Shown here: in pieces, positions 56,754 through 64,000 of the stretch | How positions within the stretch are numbered: the first letter of the stretch is position 1 | Layout: the number at the start of each line of letters is the position of its first letter | Source: Eledone cirrhosa | Taxonomy: Eukaryota | DNA length: 64,000 nucleotides | Direction of reading: 5' to 3' | Assembly: GCA_964016885.1 (NCBI GenBank) | Contig: OZ024762.1 | Location: 20,026,001-20,090,000 of the forward strand | The notes under the pieces: model-generated | What the model saw: only the letters and a program-made list of their open reading frames with translations | Database searches by the model: none | Told to the model about the DNA's origin: nothing | Translations under genes and position numbers: made by a program

Positions 56754-57034
56754 GTCAAGGTTTAGCAAATAAGAAAAAGTTTCAAAATAAATTTTAAAAT
56801 ATTAACTTTACTTACTATAGGTAAGGTAATTATACTAAGGTAACTATTCTAAGGTAACTATAGTAAATAAAGTTATTTTTTTTTTATTTATTTTGAAACT
56901 TTTTCTTATTTGCTAAACCTTCATTATATATGTTCTGGCTCGTTAATTTATTAACCTGCCATTGAACCACATTGCCATATGGTTGGACAATACATGTGTC
57001 CCTTAGCGCCTTGTGCGTGTAGGAACATATACTC

Positions 57035-57096
<62 letters not shown>

Positions 57097-57098
<2 letters not shown>

Positions 57099-57332
57099 AG
57101 TCCACACTATAAAGTGGTCATGCTGGTGACACGACAAAAAACACCCAGTATTCACTGTAAATGAGGTTGGTGTTAGGAAGGGCATCCAGCTGTAGAAACC
57201 AAGCCAAAATCAGTTCCGTATGAGCAAGACATGGTCAGCTGACCATGTCTTGCCCACAACAGGACAACCCGTCTAACCCATGCTAACGTGGAAAAATGGA
57301 TGTAAAACGGTGGTGATGATGATGATGATGAT
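57097..57332 (+). mobile_element. SINE-B-related 3' portion
   Basis: Reverse complement of the 26355-26520 type; (GAT)n tail. Confidence 0.78.
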
Positions 57333-57522
57333 ATACATACATACATATATGTATATATTAAAATAAGAGATTAAAGTTTAAGCAAAGAATCGGGAACTTC
57401 TGAAACTCTACGGTTTTTATATATATATTTATATATATATATATAATCTTTATCGAGCCCTCTTCGGATTTTAGTCTTTATTATTATTACTATATAAAAG
57501 TGGACGTAAAATGATGATGATG

Positions 57523-57539
<17 letters not shown>

Positions 57540-57555
<16 letters not shown>

Positions 57556-60379
57556 CACATATTTACACACACATATATATATACATACATAAACACATAC
57601 ACACACATATATATACATATACACATATTTACACACACATATATATACATACATAAACACTCACACACACACATATATATACATATACACATATTTACAC
57701 ACACACATATATATACATACATAAACACTCACACACACATATATATACATATACACATATTTACACACACATATATATACATACATAAACACTCACACAC
57801 ACATATATATATACATATACACATATTTACACACACATATATATACATATACACATATTTACACACACATATATATACATACATAAACACACACACACAC
57901 ATATATATACATATACACATATTTACACACACATATATATACATACATAAACACACACACACACATATATATACATATACACATATTTACACACACATAT
58001 ATATACATACATAAACACACACACACATATATACATATTTACACACACATATATATACATACATAAACACTCACACACACATATATATACATATACACAT
58101 ATTTACACACACATATATATATACATACATAAACACACACACACACATATATATATACATATACACATATTTACACACACATATATATACATATACACAT
58201 ATTTACACACACGTATATATACATACATAAACACTCACACACACACATATTTACACACACATATATATACATACATAAACACTCACACACACATATATAT
58301 ACATATACACATATTTACACACACATATATATACATACATAAACACTCACACACACATATATATACATATACACATATTTACACACACATATATATACAT
58401 ACATAAACACACACACACACACATATATATACATATACACATATTTACACACACATATATATACATACATAAACACACACACACACATATATATACATAT
58501 ACACATATTTACACACATATATATACATACATAAACACACACACACACATATATATACATATACACATATTTACACACACATATATATACATACATAAAC
58601 ACACACACACACATATATACATATTTACACACACATATATATACATACATAAACACTCACACACACATATATATACATATACACATATTTACACACATAT
58701 ATATATACATACATAAACACACACACACACATATATATACATATACACATATTTACACACACATATATATACATACATAAACACACACACACACATATAT
58801 ATACATACATAAACACTCACACACACATATATATACATACATAAACACTCACACACACACATATTTACACACACATATATATACATACATAAACACCCAC
58901 ACACACATATATATACATATACACATATTTACACACACATATATATACATACATAAACACTCACACACACATATATATACATATACACATATTTACACAC
59001 ACATATATATACATACATAAACACACACACACACACATATATATACATATACACATATTTACACACATATATATACATACATAAACACACATACACACAT
59101 ATATATACATATACACATATTTACACACACATATATATACATACATAAACACTCACACACACACATATATATACATATACACATATTTACACACATATAT
59201 ATACATACATAAACACACACACACACATATATATACATATACACATATTTACACACACATATATATACATACATAAACACTCACACACACACATATATAT
59301 ACATATACACATATTTACACACACATATATATACATACATAAACACTCACACACACATATATATACATATACACATATTTACACACACATATATATACAT
59401 ACATAAACACACACACACACACATATATATACATATACACATATTTACACACACATATATATACATACATAAACACACACACACACATATATATACATAT
59501 ACACATATTTACACACACATATATATACATACATAAACACTCACACACACACATATATATACATATACACATATTTACACACACATATATATACATACAT
59601 AAACACTCACACACACATATATATACATATACACATATTTACACACACATATATATACATACATAAACACTCACACACACATATACACATATTTACACAC
59701 ACATATATATACATACATAAACACTCACACACATATATATATACATATACACATATTGACACACACATATATATACATACATAAACACTCACACACACAC
59801 ATATATATACATATACACATATTTACACACACATATATATACATACATAAACACTCACACACATATATATACATATACACATATTTACACACACATATAT
59901 ATACATACATAAACACTCACACACACATATATATACATATACACATATTTACACACACATATATATACATACATAAACACTCACACACACACATATATAT
60001 ACATATACACATATTTACACACACATATATATACATACATAAACACACACACACACATATACACATATTTACACACACATATATATACATACATAAACAC
60101 TCACACACACACATATATATACATATACACATATTTACACACACATATATATACATACATAAACACTCACACACACATATATATATACATATACACATAT
60201 TTACACACACATATATATACATATACACATATTTACACACATATATATACATACATAAACACACACACACACATATATATACATACATAAACACTCACAC
60301 ACATATATATACATATACACATATTTACACATATATATATACATACATAAACACACACACACACATATATATATACATG

Positions 60380-60417
<38 letters not shown>

Positions 60418-60494
60418 CATATACACATATTTACACACACATATATATACATACATAAACACACACCCACATATATATACATACATAAACACAT

Positions 60495-60533
<39 letters not shown>

Positions 60534-60550
60534 CATGCACACACACACAC
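57540..60550. repeat. ~3-kb minisatellite of ~56-62-bp CA/TA-derived units
   Basis: Recurring catatacacatatttacacacacatatatatacatacataaacac(t)cacac. Confidence 0.95.
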
Positions 60551-61073
60551 AGACAATTCCCAGTCCAAACGTCAAGCACCACCGCATGGTTGCACAACTG
60601 CATGCATCGGTGGTGTTATCACTGGTTGGTTGCACCAGTTCTTGCTGATGCAAACACATGTTACCTCCAAATACAATCACAGTATTACATTGTTACACAA
60701 ATATATTTGGAGAATATATATGTATGTATATATCATCATCATCATCATCATATATATATATATATATATCTATATATATATATAATTAAGTTAAAAATTC
60801 TGGAGAATAGAGGAAAGGTGTTTCCTCAAAAACCAGTATGACTCTAAAAACCGGTTTGTCTGTGTGTTTACATACAGAATAGCTGGACACTCACAGTAAA
60901 GTGACCAGTGAAAAACTCGGTACATCTACATATGTATACGTGTGTGTATTCATATGCATACTAGTATTTCAGTATACATATGTGGATGTACATTTTTAAC
61001 TTAATTGTTTAAGCGTCAGTCATACAAAAGTGAGTTACAAACGAAACGAAATTTAATTTCGTTTCGTTATTTG

Positions 61074-61102
<29 letters not shown>

Positions 61103-61114
<12 letters not shown>

Positions 61115-61292
61115 AGAACAAAAGATGGTTAAAAGAGTTCCATGTATTGAAATGCGCATAATAAAATACATGGAACTCTTTTAACCATCTTTTGTTCTTA
61201 TATATTATGTATACTCCAGTCCTACAAACTGTAGAGTGCTTCTTATCCGATATCTGCATTGCTTTATTGTACTACAATAAAACTCACCTCCT

Positions 61293-61325
<33 letters not shown>

Positions 61326-61580
61326 AAGTTATATTTAAATTGTTGGGTTACAACTAGTAAATATTTACAACTGATATAAAAGCACTCGACAAGTGTCAGT
61401 TCAACTTTTCAAATACAAGTCGATGTTGTACGGTATGTCAAATCTATTTATCTATAAAACTGTTTATATTGTATTTTGTCTGAGGAAGGCATAGCATATT
61501 GTTAATATGATATCCCTGAAATATATATAATGAAATAAATATGGTTTTATAAATATAGTTTCCATTTATTTAATATCGTA
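61103..61580. mobile_element. Hammerhead-bearing fold-back element (putative non-autonomous Penelope-like)
   Basis: Same two modules as 42605-43125; the first hairpin retains a half hammerhead and the second module holds a full one. Confidence 0.65.
61472..61537 (+). ncRNA. Type-I hammerhead ribozyme
   Basis: TATTTTGT CTGAGGA [AGG CATAG CATATT GTT AATATG ATATC CCT] GAAA TATATA TA ATGAAATA. 8-bp stem I with two G-U pairs, palindromic loop III, AUA triplet. Confidence 0.75.
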
Positions 61581-61595
61581 TATATATATATATAT

Positions 61596-62845
61596 CATCA
61601 TCATCATCAGGTTTAGCGTCCGTGTTCCACGCTTGCATGGGTTTGGACGGGGGTTTTCCCACTTGAGGCAAGAGTGGTTGTCTTGCTCGCATAGGACTGT
61701 CTGGCGGGTTTTCTACAGTTGGATGCCCTTCCTAACACCAACCACATTTACAGTGTGGGGCTGGGAGGTTTTTACCGTGTTGCCTACACGGCCACATTAC
61801 AGCGTGGACTGTCTGGCGGGTTTTCTACAGCTGGATGCCCTTCCTAACACCAACCACATTTACAGTGTGGGGCTGGGAGGTTTTTACCGTGTTGCCTACA
61901 CGGCCACATTACAGCGTGGACTGTCTGGCGGGTTTTCTACAGCTGGATGCCCTTCCTAACACCAACCACATTTACAGTGTGGGGCTGGGAGGTTTTTACC
62001 GTGTTGCCTACACGGCCACATTACAGCGTGGACTGTCTGGCGGGTTTTCTACAGCTGGATGCCCTTCCTAACACCAACCACATTTACAGTGTGGGGCTGG
62101 GAGGTTTTTACCGTGTTGCCTACACGGCCACATTACAGCGTGGACTGTCTGGCGGGTTTTCTACAGCTGGATGCCCTTCCTAACACCAACCACATTTACA
62201 GTGTGGGGCTGGGAGGTTTTTACCGTGTTGCCTACACGGCCACATTACAGCGTGGACTGTCTGGCGGGTTTTCTACAGCTGGATGCCCTTCCTAACACCA
62301 ACCACATTTACAGTGTGGGGCTGGGAGGTTTTTACCGTGTTGCCTACACGGCCACATTACAGCGTGGACTGTCTGGCGGGTTTTCTACAGCTGGATGCCC
62401 TTCCTAACACCAACCACATTTACAGTGTGGGGCTGGGAGGATTTTACCGTGTTGCCTACATGGCCACATTACAGCGTGGACTGTCTGGCGGGTTTTCTAC
62501 AGCTGGATGCCCTTCCTAACACCAACCACATTTACAGTGTGGGGCTGGGAGGTTTTTACCGTGTTGCCTACACGGCCACATTACAGCGTGGACTGTCTGG
62601 CGGGTTTTCTACAGCTGGATGCCCTTCCTAACACCAACCACATTTACAGTGTGGGGCTGGGAGGTTTTTACCGTGTTGCCTACACGGCCACATTACAGCG
62701 TGGACTGTCTGGCGGGTTTTCTACAGCTGGATGCCCTTCCTAACACCAACCACATCTACAGTGTGGGGCTGGGAGGTTTTTACCGTGTTGCCTACACGGC
62801 CACATTACAGCGTGGACTGTCTGGCGGGTTTTCTACAGCTGGATG

Positions 62846-62848
<3 letters not shown>
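61596..62848 (-). repeat. SINE-B-related element whose 112-bp internal segment is amplified ~10.3x
   Basis: ggactgtctggcggg recurs every 112 bp from 61694 to 62814; the units are nearly identical. Confidence 0.95.
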
Positions 62849-62891
<43 letters not shown>

Positions 62892-63032
62892 GTAGGTCCC
62901 GGGTTGAGTCGGGGATAACCACAGTAAGTAAGGTACTCAATACATGGCAGAGTAAAATTTTTTTATTTTATAGAAGGAGCTTCTACAGGACTAGTACTGT
63001 TTCATTCAGATGAAATCTTCAGGAAGCCCTGA

Positions 63033-63033
63033 A

Positions 63034-63123
<90 letters not shown>

Positions 63124-63459
63124 TCATCATTTAACATTTATTTTCCACGCTAGCAATATATATATATATATATATATGTGTGTATGTGTATGTATGTATA
63201 TACATATGTATATATATGTGTGTATGTATATACATATGTATATATATGTGTATATGTATGTATATATATATGTGTGTGTATGTATATATATCTGTGTATG
63301 TATGTATATACATATGTATATATATATATGTGTGTATGTATATGTATGTATGTATGTATGTATATATATATGTGTGTATGTATATATATGTATGTAATGT
63401 ATCTATATGTATGTATGTATATATATGTATATATATATGTGTATGTATATATATGTATG

Positions 63460-63498
<39 letters not shown>

Positions 63499-63782
63499 GT
63501 ATATATATGTATGTATGTATGTATGTATTTGTATGTATGTATATATATGTTTATATATGTATGTATGTATATATATGTATATATATATGTGTGTATGTAT
63601 ATATATGTATGTATGTATGTATATATATGTATGTATGTATATATATGTTTATATATGTATGTATGTATATATATGTATGTATGTATATATACGTATGTAT
63701 GTATATATGTATATGTATACATATATGTATGTATGTGTGTGTGTATATATGTATATATATGTGTGTATATATATATATGTGT
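63033..63782. repeat. (TA)n/(TATG)n microsatellite
   Basis: Directly visible. Confidence 0.95.
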
Positions 63783-63791
63783 CTAAATATA

Positions 63792-63857
63792 TACTTTATT
63801 ATATATATTTCAAAGGTACTGTGTTGTTTTTGCAGTACGTCCTCATCAGACAAAATA
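63792..63857 (-). ncRNA. Type-I hammerhead ribozyme
   Basis: - strand: TATTTTGT CTGATGA [GGAC GTACTG CAAAAACAACA CAGTAC CTTT] GAAA TATATA TA ATAAAGTA. 8-bp stem I with two G-U pairs, palindromic loop III, AUA triplet. Confidence 0.8.
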
Positions 63858-64000
63858 TATGATTTGCTATATGACATACCGCTACAGTCTTGATTATTCA
63901 ATACTGCCAAGAGTGGATATATATATATACTGCCAATACTGGAATTGTATAATCAAGACCATAGCGGTATGTCATATATCAAATCATATATTTTATCTGA

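Overview
Eukaryotic, AT-rich, microsatellite-saturated genomic DNA; the repeat landscape strongly suggests an octopus (inference). The only well-supported protein-coding content is three consecutive internal + strand exons of alpha-(1,6)-fucosyltransferase FUT8 (20572-20752, 39493-39607, 49266-49503). They splice in frame across 18.7-kb and 9.7-kb introns, and the 5' and 3' exons were not found in the window. The rest is apparently intronic: two tRNA-derived SINE families, RTE/RTE-X and R4/Dong LINE fragments, a decayed mariner, TTAA-flanked MITEs, TE-derived tandem arrays and long simple repeats. Almost all ORFs in the track are microsatellite artefacts. The most notable find is a set of short non-coding elements embedded in (TA)n tracts, often with fold-back arms, that carry type-I hammerhead ribozymes. 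Three have intact cores (42647-42717 -, 61472-61537 +, 63792-63857 -), with a shared stem I, a palindromic loop III and unrelated but paired stem II sequences; several decayed copies also occur. They are probably non-autonomous Penelope-like or retrozyme-like elements. Other leads are a possible shattered ClC-2-like pseudogene on the - strand, an in-frame duplicated FUT8 splice acceptor and a tandem RFX X-box site. Repeat boundaries are approximate.
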